Source: Phoronis australis (Eukaryota; Animalia; Phoronida). From it: a DNA stretch of 64,000 nt. The DNA is taken from contig NMRA01000070.1 in NCBI GenBank assembly GCA_002633005.1, positions 357,872-421,871 of the forward strand, in the 5' to 3' direction. The notes below the pieces were generated by a model. The model was given only the letters and a program-made list of their open reading frames with translations. It was not told the DNA's origin and made no database searches. Below are positions 36,278 to 49,260 of this stretch, piece by piece; position 1 is the first letter of the stretch, and every line of letters starts with the position of its first letter. A program made the translations under genes and the position numbers.

Positions 36278-39200
36278 CTTCGACTGACTTCACATCTATT
36301 GAGAAGGTATATGAACCACGTGATTTGTCAGTGGAGAATCTCAACGAGATGGTGAGATATCGTCCCCTCATTTCACTCGCGTCTGGAGTTGAAGAACCAT
36401 CCTTTAAGCTAATTTTCTGAAGTGAAAAATGTAGTACCAGCATAAATCTATTATAAGTCATCACCTTTACTCCTCTTGTTCCTTAATATGTTCCAAGATG
36501 ACTATTCTGATCCGGTTACTACAAGCACTCACGATCCGCTACTTTTATGAATCGCACGCCCGGGAATGCGAACCTCGCTCCTACCAAACTTAAAGGCGAA
36601 GGCAACCCTTTTCCGTGTCATTTTGAGCTAAAATAAGGTTGTTTGGTTATCCTAGACATATTTTCCACTTAATCACAGCTTTTCGTAATTTTATTAATTA
36701 CTCGCCCGCTCTTCCGGAAGNTGGAAAACAGATCCGAAGGATAATGATTCAACTTTGTAAAATAATTGTTTATAGCGAGGTCTCAAGTCGATAGGACGGA
36801 TTTTGGACCCGTGAAGAAAGAACCTGGCCTTTGTTTTGAAAGACTTGTCAGGTCGATGTAGGTGGAGATCACTTTTCAAAAGCTTCGTACGACCATCTCA
36901 TATACAAGAGCAACGCGGATCGTTGAAATGCGCCCACGAATGCACCGCAAACGGAGTGCTTCTAGGGTTGTTTATTTGTTTCATAAAAATAGCCACCAGA
37001 GGGCGAAAAAACGTCCAATCCATCTGAAAATGGGTACATGTCATTGCTTCTTTGATAGCAAGCTATTTACCAAATTTCATAAAAATCTGTCAAGGAACTT
37101 CAGAGAAAAAAAGGAAAACAAAAAATAATGAAATTGCCACTTTCGGACACAGCCTTCATTAGATCCGCCTGAAAGACGTCGTCATCTGTTTTTAGCTTCA
37201 TATAAATACAATTACTAAATTTAATAAAAATCCTGCAGTGAGTTTAGGAGATGCAGCTATGGGCACAAAAAAACAAAACTACCACTAGGAGGCGCTACAG
37301 TAGTCGAATGCGTTATGTCAACCGTCCTCTTCACACTGAGAACATGTACATCAATTTTCAAAGTCATCCTCAAAATGGTTTGATTGATCGAGGTGTGGAC
37401 GTCAAAAAACAAGACTCTAAAACAGGGAAAATAGCCACTAGGTGGCGCAAAAGTTCCTCGATTTCATCCGAAAGCGGGAGGATAGCATCATCTCTCCATA
37501 TTTCAAACTTTCTGATAATCCGTTGAGGACCTTTGAAGGTACAGAGGTAAGCCTAAAAAACGAAAATTGCCACTAGGCAGCACACTGGTAATCAGATCTG
37601 TCCGAAAGTTGTTGTTATCCGTTGTTAACATCATATAAATACACATAAATTTAAAAAAAGATGCTGCAAACACTTTAGGAGATGCAGACATGGGCGCTAG
37701 GAGGTGCTACAGTAGCCGAAGTCATTGGTAAGTCATCGTCAGCTTCGTAGTAAGAACATGCCAATTTTCACAATCATCCTTAGTGCAGTTTGGTTGATAG
37801 AGGGGTGGACGCCAAAAAAACAGACTCGAAAACAGCAAACATTGCCACTAGGTGGCGCAAACTACACCGAATCCATCCGAAAACGGGAGGATGGCGTTAT
37901 CTCAAAAATAGGTGCCTATATTCCAAATTTTAGTATGAAAATACATTGAAGATCTTTGAAGATACAGAGGTAAACTAAAAAAAATTAAATTGCCTCTTAG
38001 GGGACACACTGGTAGTCAGATCCGTCCGAAAGTCTTTGTCATCCATTGTCAACATCCTATAAATACATTTGCAGAATTTAGTAAAGATCCTGCAAACGGT
38101 TTAGGAGATACAGCAATGGGCGAAAAAAGAGACAAAATTGCCACTAGGAGGCGCCACAGTAGTTGAAATCGTCAGAAAATCATCGTCAGCCGTCCTCTTC
38201 ATAATAAAAACATACATGCCAATTTCCACAATCATCTTTAGAGAGATTGGTTGATGGAGGAGTGGACGCCAAAAAACAGCCTCGAAAACAGCAAAAATGG
38301 CCACTACGTGGCGCAAACTAGGTCGAATCCATCCGAAAACGGGAGGATAGCGTCATCTCACTATTAGATGACTATGATGCCAAATTTTATGAAAATACGT
38401 TTAGGACCTTTGAAGATATAGAGGTAAGCGTAAAAAACTAAAATTGCCACTAGGGGGCACACCGGTAGTCGGATCCGTTGGAAAGTTCGCTCATGCCGTC
38501 CCATCCATGATAGGAACATATGTGCAAAATTTCATGAACGTTTTGGAGATAGAGCAGCGGACGTCGGACGTCGGACGGACGCCCGGGACGGACGCCGGAA
38601 GGACGGACGGAGATGACGACATAATGCGTCCACATACAAATATGTGGGCGCATAAAAAGGCACATGCAAGTGGTTTCCGGAAAGAGCGGGGCTGTAACGC
38701 GGGTTAGTTGCAAATCGCTGTACTTATTTCCTAAACAACAAGCCCCGCTCATCCCAAATGGCATATACTCTGGGTGCTGGAAAAATTGTGTGATGGGAAA
38801 ACATTGGCCGCAATCGAAGTAGGCTAGCACCTAAAATAGAAGGGTGACACCCGGGCTAGTGTCTGTCTCTCCTTTTTCCCTCTTAGTTGGCTAGAACTAC
38901 TGGAGGAAAAACGTTTGGAGTGAATACGAGTTTACGATTCATTTTACCCGGCAGCCTCCAGATTCAGCACCACATTTTCTCTTTCACTGTCGTCGGTCGC
39001 CATTTTGAAACTGATCGACAAATTCTCCTCTGGTCGTCCCTACACTTGTTTTACAACTTAACAGATTTCCCCTCACATTCTACATCCCTTACATTTCCCC
39101 GCTGTCAGTGAACTTCGTTTTCAAGTTTTTCTCTTCTTCTAAATGCGAAAGGGTAAAACATATCTCTAAGTTGGTGGTCCTTTTTCTCTCTCCACGAACT

Positions 39201-41358
39201 GTCACGAATCTGTTGATCAAATAATGGCTCATGGGGTGATTTTCAATGTTAAAACTATCCACGGTCATTCTGAAGGTTGAAAATGCTACACAGGCAGTGA
39301 TTTGAAAAGAAGCGTCCTTAACGTGATCTTTTATCGTTACGCTACACACTAATTTCATGTAAGGTTGCGCAAAAAGGAATTAGATAGCACTCGTGGTCAC
39401 GCGGAAGGCCAAAAAATTTGTGTGAATCTCACTTACCGCCGGAGGTGTGTAGGTTGCTTCAGGATTAGTCGTCTCGTATAACTTCAAACTAATCCCAGAA
39501 TTCTCAGCTCTAAAGTCGTTGAACGTCACTTGAACACTTCTTCCCTCTTTTGCGTAAAATTTGAGTTCACATTTCTTTTCAGGGACCAATTGGCGGGATT
39601 CGTTTCTGTGAGCTCGAATGAACATTACATCGCCTTGTTTTAGTAGAACAATAGCTGATGTTGCTAAGGACGTACAACCCCATTTGTCCATAAACACTAG
39701 CAACAAGAAATAGCTTCACGTCATTTCTAAAATGTATTGGTCTATTTACACCAACCTCTAGCCTGTTTACATTTGCACGACTACCATGATTGTAACCCGT
39801 GCTCGTTTTTCTAAAGACGTTGTAACACCTGAAAATGGCCATGAGACAAACTCTACGCTAACATTTGGGGTTTTGTTACACCAACGCCTAAGCGTGCCTA
39901 AGTCTGACTGGGACTGATCCGCCATTATCGATTCACAGATTAATGCTCGTTGCTAGACAGTGATGCTGAAGAAAATCTAATCGCTAATTTTTCTTATAAG
40001 GCCTCGATTTTAAAACTTCAAAGATGGCTACTATTTACGTTTCAATTTTAACAACAATCATTTTGGTCTTTTGTCTTACTTATTGTTCGGTTTTTTACTT
40101 TGAAACTCGTACGCTAAACAGGCGTGTTGGTTTACGACCGCAATGATCTCATCCAGCACGTACAGCCAAGCCCCCGAATAGTGTATGATTTGCCTAATGA
40201 AATAGCCCACCGGCAACACCGAAACATCGCGCAAATGTAAATAGGCAGAGGTTGGTGTAAATAAAAAATAAATTGTAGAAATCATGTTACCACATCACCA
40301 CCTCAAATCTGTTCTAGGAAGACAAAATATCATTTCGTTAGTTTCTGACAACATATTTATGCTGAAACCTGGTACAGTTTAAAACGAATCACACGATCCC
40401 GAGTCTAAAAGTTTTTGAAATCAATTGTAGGAAAAGAGTCAGATATTATTTACACACAGTGTGTGTATGCACGATTAGTTGTGAATTAATAACAATGATA
40501 ACTAATAAAATCATAGCTTGCTCCTGCCAATTTTTACCTTAGCACTTGACTGAAAAGGATTTGACTCAGGCTTTGTCTTCCAGTATGAAGTTCTGACTGC
40601 CAATGGGAAGAACGGACGATCTTCTGGTTGTAAGGACGGACCTTCAAATGGGAAAGATGGATTTTCAGATGGAAAGGGGCCCAAAATGGGAAGGACGATA
40701 TTGTGATGGGAAGCGACGGACCTGCTTTTCACTTCGCGATATCGGATTGCGTTACTGAATGTCACCGTCGTGTCGCGTGTCAAATGTTCAAATTTCATTC
40801 ACTTTGCCGTGGCAATACTAAAGATGGACGCTCGCACGAGAAATATAAAATTAAATTCCATGTGTGGCAAATAATTCCAGTCCCCCAAATATATGATTCG
40901 ACCCTCATTCCACTCAGTGGTTTTGGATTTGCAAACGATTTATTTCGAAAGTTGATCTGTTCGTTTTAAGGCAATGATAAACCAAACAATCTGTGCTACT
41001 TTCACATCTCCGGACTTTCCATTTCTCCTCCGCGTCCCATTTTGGGTCCGTCCTTCCAATCAGAAGACCCATCCTTTCCTTCAGCTGTTTGACCTAGAGT
41101 TAGCATTTATAAATTTTATGCATACCTGTCGCTCTCCTCCTCCCCTCCCTCCTCTCTGAGTGATTGCCCTATCATTGTGTCGCTCAAAAAGTTCTGTGGT
41201 TTTGAAAATCTCTCAGAGATGCAGAACACCCTGCTGTATTCAGTCTGGTAACCCCAATGAGTAAAGCGAAGATTCTTACTAGTTTTGTTTTTTCCATGAA
41301 TGCCTTCTATTTGCGCAGTAATTATCCAAGCGAAAACATGTAAGCCTAGTAATTTCAT
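36278..41358 (-). CDS. Secreted or membrane protein with a divergent CUB-like domain; exons 41358-41280, 39696-39437, 36416-36278; 3' end unresolved
   Basis: Phase-compatible GT-AG splicing (1/0/1) gives signal peptide MKLLGLHVFAWIITAQIEG + MFMDKWGC...KCELKFYAKEGRSVQVTFNDF...LKLYE + ...GRYLTISLRFSTDKSRGSYTFSIDV, matching the CUB beta-strand pattern. Confidence 0.7.
36904..38655 (+). mobile_element. Helentron-associated non-autonomous element (HINE/DINE-1-like) with internal ~410-455-bp tandem repeats
   Basis: Starts ACAAGAGC; subterminal IR ATGCGCCCAC/GTGGGCGCAT; unit marker ATCCGAAA.CGGGAGGAT near 37467, 37876 and 38331; (GGAC)n tract at ~38558-38611; 3' hairpin CGTCCACATA..TATGTGGGCG, then CATAA. 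Confidence 0.8.
39715..40302. mobile_element. ~590-bp element with degenerate long inverted ends, in an intron of the CUB-like gene
   Basis: TATTTACACCAACCTCT.GCCT.TTTACATTTGC.CGA at ~39742-39780 and inverted at ~40227-40263; related segment at ~54760-54836. Confidence 0.6.
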
Positions 41359-43358
41359 TGTTCGACCATCAGTGACATCTTTGGCGTGCGCCTTGAGATA
41401 TTTGCTGCAAGCCTTCCACGCACAATTTACGACTCGTCGAGTTTTTCATGATCGCATTGCTTAGTGCAGTATTCTATTTGAAGGATTTTGTTATTACCTG
41501 ACGTAACAGTTTGTGTATTACGTAGTGAATTATGCGTTTAATCAAGTTTTTCGAGAAAATTCAATTGTCATTGATACCGTTGTTCAGCTACTCTTTCCTA
41601 AATTTAAGAAAGCTATGGTCACGTGGTCCAATGAATGGCAGATTGTCAAAAAGTCAAATGTAATTTTTTCATGATTTCCACTTTCAGAAAATATATACTT
41701 CTACTGATTTAAAATCTATAATATTTTAGATATTTGACTTCGTACACAGACATGTCGATAAGGTCCTAATTAACCTTAATTAACAGACATGTCAGGTGTG
41801 TATTAAAAGTAACATCAAAGGCCGACATGGGCGCCTGCATTCCGAAATAACACTCGATCTTTGGTATTTGGATAATTGTGTAATACACCCAAATGTCACT
41901 GAGGTCAGTGCTGAAATCAGATGATTTCCGTCCTCAGTCGTTTCGGTGCTGACTACAACGGTCTCTGGCGCGCCGTCCGAGTTTATGATCAGACTCCATC
42001 TGCGACTGTGTGGCTATGTTTCACAACTGACCTACGTCTTCCCCGATTCAGCACCAAGAGCTTGCCCTCCCCCGCCCCTTTTGTCGCCTGTCTTAATTCT
42101 TGTGCAACTGATAGCTCCCCTTTCCTCTATATAAAAACTGCAGGTTACACCCAACGAGGAATAGGCCAAAGCTGAATCTGACCGGCACATTCATTTGGAG
42201 ATACTTTGCTTTTTCAGTTTTTGGAGTAGCCGGGCTACAATTGGAACCTGGCTTCGCCAGTGCTCATATAAATTTCAGGGTACCCACTCCATAGCATGCT
42301 TCTATTATACTAGAGAGGGCACTTCTATTAAAAGCGGTAATCCATTGATGCGTTTAGTTTCCAGAGGGAACTACGTCAACGTTCCCGAATATAATCTAAT
42401 TGTGGGTATTCGAAAATAATACCATCACCATGATCAGACTTGGCGGCCCTATCACCTGTGACCACAATTACGAAACACTGTCGAAAGTAATAAAGTACTG
42501 GCTACCCGACGTACCTCTGTCTGATGTTGTGTAACTGACTTCATTCTACAAACAGCCATGAAAATTGAATTCTCAAACGCGGAACACTCAGAGCCCCGCC
42601 GTGTACTTTCACGCTGGCGGATCTAGTTGTTACAAATGGGAACCACAACTTTAAAGAAAATTTGCGTGAACCCCACATANNNNNNNNNNNNNNNNNNNNN
42701 NNNNNNNNNNNNNNNNNNNNNNNNNNNNNNNNNNNNNNNNNNNNNNNNNNNNNNNNNNNNNNNNNNNNNNNNNNNNNNNNNNNNNNNNNNNNNNNNNNNN
42801 NNNNNNNNNNNNNNNNNNNNNNNNNNNNNNNNNNNNNNNNNNNNNNNNNNNNNNNNNNNNNNNNNNNNNNNNNNNNNNNNNNNNNNNNNNNNNNNNNNNN
42901 NNNNNNNNNNNNNNNNNNNNNNNNNNNNNNNNNNNNNNNNNNNNNNNNNNNNNNNNNNNNNNNNNNNNNNNNNNNNNNNNNNNNNNNNNNNNNNNNNNNN
43001 NNNNCCCCCCCCCCCCCCCCAACTCAAAATCCTGGATCCGCCCGGAGGTAGTTCAGGGTAGTAGAGTTCACTTGACCCTAACCGTTACGCTTAGAACACT
43101 TACGATGTTCTTTTGTTGGCAAACATTAAATGACGCTCTCTTGAAAAATATTATTTCAAAATATTGTCAATATTGTTTATGTAATAGGTAAAATGTAATT
43201 TCAACTACAAGTAAAGAACATTTTACTTTTTTATATCATAACTACTTTTGGTTGTTCGTATATCATGAAATGTCATTTGGGTTTCAATATTCTATTAACG
43301 AATCAAAATCGAAGACTCCAGTAGGTGCGAGGTTAGTCATAGAAAGGAAGGATTCGAG

Positions 43359-46290
43359 ATGTCGTCGTTACTCAAAATTGCAACTGCTTCTGTGCGTCTG
43401 GCGCCTGTTAGGAATCCTACCATAACACAGAAAGCGTGTGGAAGCTCTGCCATGGTATCTGGTCCTCCAAAAAATCCAACTTCGTTTGCTGTAAGTATTA
43501 CTTGTGGTGAAAAATCACCTAGTCCAAGTTTCGAACCCGGTACCTCTTGCTTCAACTCCAAGCAAGTTCGACAGCGTCAGTACTAGGCAACACGTAGCCT
43601 CTCGGTTGGCCTGTTAGGATAATACTTTCCATCGCTTTCTCTAATAATTTCGTCCTTTGTATTTTAAACGGACGGAAGGCGAAATCCGCTCACCGATTAA
43701 GAGTTCTCGTAAAAAATACAGTCTACACTCAAAACACGCTTACTTTCTTCACTTTTTGGTCACTGACACTGTTAACTGTTTCACCACGCACCTGATAACC
43801 ACAAAGTATTTCAACTGAATCACGTGAGTTAGGCAAAGGTTAGTGCAAGACTGAGCGAAGTGTGTGACACTGGCACGTGACACTTGCAAAATAATATGGA
43901 AAGATACCACGTGAAATTTGTAAGATGTGTGTCCCTTGGAGTTTTTTTTCCGTCAACATCCGTGATTTCACGTAACTTCCACAAAATAGCATCCGGTAAG
44001 AGAAACTCGAGCAAACCGCAACAGATTTTCATGGATATGTTCAAGTTATGCTGAGTAAATTGTATCCAGAGTCATGGTATGGCTTAACTCCATGTGCCTA
44101 TATGCATGTTCCATTCGATTTTGTTTGCTGTATTTTGAAATGAGTAACTTTTTATGGGGATGTACTGTCACCCCTGTATGCCCGCGGCATTCAGGGCGAT
44201 ATAATTGCCTACAATGTGGGGCTTCCTAACCAGTCGACCGCAGAGCAACTGCCCATAGACGAGTGGTTAACAGAGGCCTTTACATTACTACACTCACTGC
44301 AGATTCACCTCATACCTTTGCACAGGAAAAAGTGGGTCCCCCTATGGTGCACCACCCATACTTTGTCTATTTAAACAGTTTCATGTTCCCATTTCCATGT
44401 CCCATCCACAGGTGTGATTGTCGGGAATACTCTATATATAACACTGAAAGGTAAGACACACGGGGACTAGGAATTCCACGTGTACTTCACTTCAGCCGTC
44501 CGTATCAAACACAAATCGCATTAAATTTACCCAAGCCATGAACAGTTCTTCTGATAGCGTTTACAGTGTCCTGCAGCAGCGTGTTTGTGACAAATTCCTA
44601 AAAAGCCGATGCAACTCCTGAGCGAGTCACATGAGTTGACTCATGGTAAAGTATGGTACGGAATTACCCGATGAGTTAAGGATGGATAACAGCAATTGCC
44701 AGTTCATCACAGAGGGTTACCAAATGGTCTGGCATTGTCTGCTATCTGTCCGTAACTCATCGGGTAATTTCGCACTGTAGTTGACCTTGAACCAACTCAC
44801 ATGACTCACTCAGAAGTTGTGACGCATCGGCCTTTTGAGGTTTTTGTGTTTTGACAGCGAATTTGTTGCAAACCTCGCTGGAGCAGGACGTTGTATATGC
44901 AATCACAAAAAAGGACAATTGCTCATGGTTTGTTGAATCCGGACAATTGCTCATGGTTTGTTGAATCCCTGCTTTGTGTAAATTTATTGAGATTTATGTT
45001 TCGTATGGAGTGAAAAATCGTGGAATTCCTAGTCCCAAGTGTCATACCTTTTGATATTATATATAGTGCATTAGGGAGTATCAGAAGCTGATGACGCCTG
45101 TGGTACAGTCAAACGACCTAAATATCAGACGTTGTGGCACACTTTGCATTATATTTAATTGGAAATGCTACGGGTCGTCATAAATTCTTTACTGAAATAA
45201 AGACTTACCTTTACGGAATTGTCTCTTGTCACCGCAAACCATATTGATGTTCTGACTGATCTTTAAAAAACACAACTTGTAAACCCTTGAAGAACCTAAA
45301 TACCAGACACCATGTTTCCACATACGCCACACCACGCAACGCTGACTAACCATGTAATGGCCACAGGCACCTTGTCGCCAAATTTCAGTTTATGTGTATG
45401 ATATATTTGCTGCTAGAACACAGGTCTGTTTGCACGAAAATTATCCATAAAATGTAATCTGATGACAACACAAAGTTGTTTCTATGAACCAGTGCAGACG
45501 ACAGTTGGCCATTTTTACACCGCTCACGCCAGATGAGATGGCGACGGCATCATATCCCCTTGCACGAGCTGTGCAAAAATGGCCATATTCAACTAAAGAA
45601 ATATATATGCGAGACTTTAATGGTGATCAGGTAGGGGGAATAGCATGTGCAGGAGACTGAATTTATGCACACTGTTGTGCGTTTACCTATAGCTGACTTT
45701 GGAAATTTAATAGCCCTAAGATATTGAAATTCACTGATCAGGTCTATGGTGGACAGGCATTCAGAGCCACCTATAAATCCCACGTATTGCGTAGTGCGGT
45801 GGGATGTACCAGTGTCTTACAAACAAAGCAAACCTTTTGAAATATCAATTGATGAGCAAGGACGTCCTGTGCCATACCTTTCTCACAGCAAAGATGTATG
45901 TGCTACAAAGCCAGTGGCTACCGCTGATAAAGCGGGAGAATTTCAATCCCAGCCAGTGTCAAAATCCAAAAATAAATTAGTGAACTTAAACTAATCAAAT
46001 GATGAGAAGGGCTGACAGTGGAATTTTGCTCATCTGCTTTTATATCAACCACTATGTAGTAATTGAATTTCTGTCCACCGGATCCGAGTCGGGATCGATC
46101 ATAGGTCACTTTCTTGCTCTCATTACTGTAAAGAGCACCAATATTGAAAAGTCCCTTATTCTGTTTGGATATGACTCTTTGTTCCTTGTTACAGTGGAAG
46201 ATCGGCTCATCTTGTCTGATAACTGTGCTGGTTATGTCTCCCGTTGGCTACATCCTGGCTACTTTACCAGAGCCAAAGAAGAGCTCCTAG
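43359..46290 (+). CDS. COX8: Cytochrome c oxidase subunit 8-like, 75 aa; exons 43359-43490 and 46195-46290
   Basis: Donor GCT|GTAAGT and acceptor TTGTTACAG|TGG (phase 0) give MSSLLKIATASVRLAPVRNPTITQKACGSSAMVSGPPKNPTSFAWKIGSSCLITVLVMSPVGYILATLPEPKKSS*. It has an acid-free basic presequence, the VSGPP motif of invertebrate COX8 and a TM ending PVGYIL (vertebrate PAGWIL). Confidence 0.8.
44406..45103. mobile_element. ~700-bp foldback (degenerate palindrome) in the COX8 intron
   Basis: Nested inverted pairs GGGACTAGGAATTCCACG/CGTGGAATTCCTAGTCCC, GAGTCACATGAGTTG/CAACTCACATGACTC and AATTACCCGATGAGTTA/TAACTCATCGGGTAATT around a centre near 44715. Confidence 0.8.
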
Positions 46291-48851
46291 CTGGTGCCTT
46301 GCTGCCTGTGTCCCCTGTGAACTGAAGTGTTGAAAATAGAAACTAGTTATATGAAATATGATTCAGGTGCTTGTGAATTTAAGTAAATAGCACTGTTGGT
46401 AGATATAAGTTGGTCTGCAAAAGCATTTCCCTTTGATTACATTTTCATGGAAATGTTTTTATGTTTGTTACGTAACTGGACAATTTTGTTAATGTACAGG
46501 TGCAGATTGATTTGTGAAACACCTCTGAGCAGAACGATTTGTACTGATATATTGCAAATGTTTTAGCATTATAACTGGATACGTATTAGGGCATGCCTTG
46601 AGTGTTATTGATAGTGTAACATTTTGTGAATATAGAAAGTGATTGACAGGTGTGAACCTCAACTTGATGTCAGTGATCATCCCAATAACTGTATCCAAAT
46701 GCTCTCATTTCTCAATGTGGAATTGAATGGAATATTATGCAAAATGACACCCTAGCTTAAGGTGATCATACATAACCTGGTAATACTGTTGTTCAGCTTA
46801 TTGACACGAACCTGAAGACGTTGGGTAGATCAAGTTTCTTGCAAGGAAAGCGAGATCACGCTAGTCTTTGAGGAATATTGCCATACATGTGATCACGTTA
46901 GTTCCACACGTGAGTATCTTGCATCTACAGAACAAGACTGTTCAGTAAACATTCTAGGACTGTACCCACAATTCATATTTATATTTCTCATTATTTTCGA
47001 GCTGCAAAGAATCGATCCAATATGACCTATACCTGCCACCAATTCAGTCATGTATTCAGTATGTGAATCTGGAATGTTTGTTGATAAAATACTCAACTAC
47101 GGTCTCATGCTCAATGGATACGCACAAAAGTCTTTGACATGTGATGAGTTGTTCAAAGTTCCATGTCGTAGTTATATTGTTATTGTGCTGTAGATGGCAC
47201 CTGTTTAGTTTTTACATATCTCTTCTTCAGGAAGTAACCGTGTTCACTCAGAATGAAACTTGTAAGTTATTCAGTAGACAATCGGAGATGTTGGTGTATT
47301 GTTGCAAATCTTATTGTAGAAATTGCTTTCACAGTGTGGTACACATTTTTAGACCATTTTAAAATATTTTGAACAGTTTATGTTGCAGGAAGTGGATATA
47401 GGCGAGTGTTTGGTTTTACTTTACAAGGGTGGTGATTGGTGAATCATAATAAGGTTTGTTTGAGACTTGTAATAAATTATGTTCATCCTGAAAACTTGAT
47501 TTTCTGTAATTTCAACTTGACTACTATTGGATTTTCTCATGTTTCATCTTTCTGCTTTGGAATGAGATTGTTATTCTATGCTGTCTCAGTGCCATCTGCC
47601 CTATAAGATGTTAAGTACACATCAAATGGATTGAATGAGAAAATTTAAGATCAGAATTTATTTATTTTTAGTACATTATACATACTGACAGACTCCGAAT
47701 TCGTGTCAAAAATTTTAGCGTCCAGGTTACATGCGAAATATTTTTCTTATGTAGGGGGGACAATCAAGAACTACCTCTGTACTCTACGTGAATGGACCTT
47801 CGCAGGTATTGAAACTAAGTCGTCACATTAAAAATGAAAGGGTATATCTTCTGTTTTAAATATTGATCACATAATTGGCATAATTTCTCATCTGGAGGTG
47901 TTGCCAAAAGTTAATAAATGTGAATGAAATACACGTGACAAGCCACCATGAGCTCCTCTTAATCGTGTTTATTTTTTACGAAAATGAAACGGTCAGCAGG
48001 CTGTAGGCAAGGGCGGTGGAAAGTGATACACGCCTTGACACCGCAGTAACAATCGGATAGCGTTGTGTGCAGCGTTCAACACGTCTTCGCCATGATGGCG
48101 TGAGGCGTAGTAATCTGTGGTCGCCCATAGCGGTTTAATTTTCTTGTCAATTCCTAACGGAGGGCTAAAATACTACCACCCATTTTGAATTGTCGCACGA
48201 ACCGGAAGCTGAAGTCGCGGGCATTTACCATTTTCAGTCCGCAGATTCTAGGATGGCAAGTGATCTATTCCACAAAATTGGGCTGATGTTAGTGAATTTA
48301 TACCACCAATCTTGTTCCTTAGAAACGATGCATTTATCGTCGTTACACTGGTTTTTTGGGACACCCTGTAGAACTGCAAATTTCATCAATAGCAAGAATT
48401 ATTTTAGATGGACAAAAAATGTTCAGTGCAAGTGTACTTTGCTACTTGGGGACCGAAGGATAGAGACTTTCCCAACGGAAGCATCACCAATTCTTTCAAG
48501 ATCTTAGCCAAGTTTAACTGTCGAAAAATCATTTACAAAAGGCAGTCGATTTTCTTAAATAGGTAAACATGTAAATCACTCAAAAATCGTTGTGTATCAA
48601 AACAGGGAATTATAAGCATTTGCAATTGCCTAAAGCATGCTCGCAGAAGTTGACGGTCAAACGGGGAACATGGGAAGTGGGGCATCCCACGGAGTTTGGG
48701 GGCTCTCTTCATGAAATTTTCCGATTTTAACGTGTAATGATTTTGTTTCATTCCAGAAGTAACAACGACAGTTTATGAGTTAAACCAGTGGCGGGTTTAG
48801 AGGGGGGCTCAGTTGGCCCAGTTAGCGTTCCCAATATGCCCTCTCAGTGGC

Positions 48852-49260
48852 CAGGGCCCGGGGGTCTCTAATCTTTGTACTTGAAACGAACTCGAAACTA
48901 TTTTTGGCAATTTCTCTGCTCCTTTTGTGCGAACTTAAGATAATTGGTTATCAGACTGTGCTCGAATACATTATAGTTTATGCATTGGAGTTTCTAGTTC
49001 AAGTTTGCCCTTGAAGACCCTTATATTCGTGTCGCAAACTCGAGTAAAAACTCGAAATTTCGAGTTCAAACTTTGTTGCTTTAATATTGGGTTTACAAAC
49101 TGTGAACTAAGGGCAATAAATTATCTACGTAAGTTATTGTGTACTCGAGCATAGAATAATAGACACTTATCTTGAGTTCGCCCAAAAGTAGAGAAGAAAA
49201 TGCCAAACCTAATTTCGAGTTCCATTTCGAGTAAAAAGATTGGAGACCCGCCGGGCCCAG
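48852..49260. mobile_element. MITE family D copy, ~0.5 kb upstream of LTA4H
   Basis: Nearly identical to 20400-20805; follows a family C-like head at 48786. Confidence 0.85.

Noticed and set aside
43510-43595. tRNA gene on the minus strand (B-box GGTTCGAAAC)
   Set aside because: No cloverleaf or clear A-box; at best a decayed SINE head.
45460-45490. CTGATGA followed by a CAAC/GTTG hairpin (hammerhead-like)
   Set aside because: No GAAA after stem II and no stem III or cleavage triplet.
45918-46321. Minus-strand reading with a hydrophobic, GPI-signal-like C-terminus
   Set aside because: Two in-frame TAG stops, and it overlaps the much better supported plus-strand COX8 exon 2.
47231-47261. 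Plus-strand mini-exon-like segment with good acceptor and GTAAGT donor
   Set aside because: Cannot be joined into an open frame with neighbouring exons; at most a UTR or non-coding exon, unsupported without RNA data.
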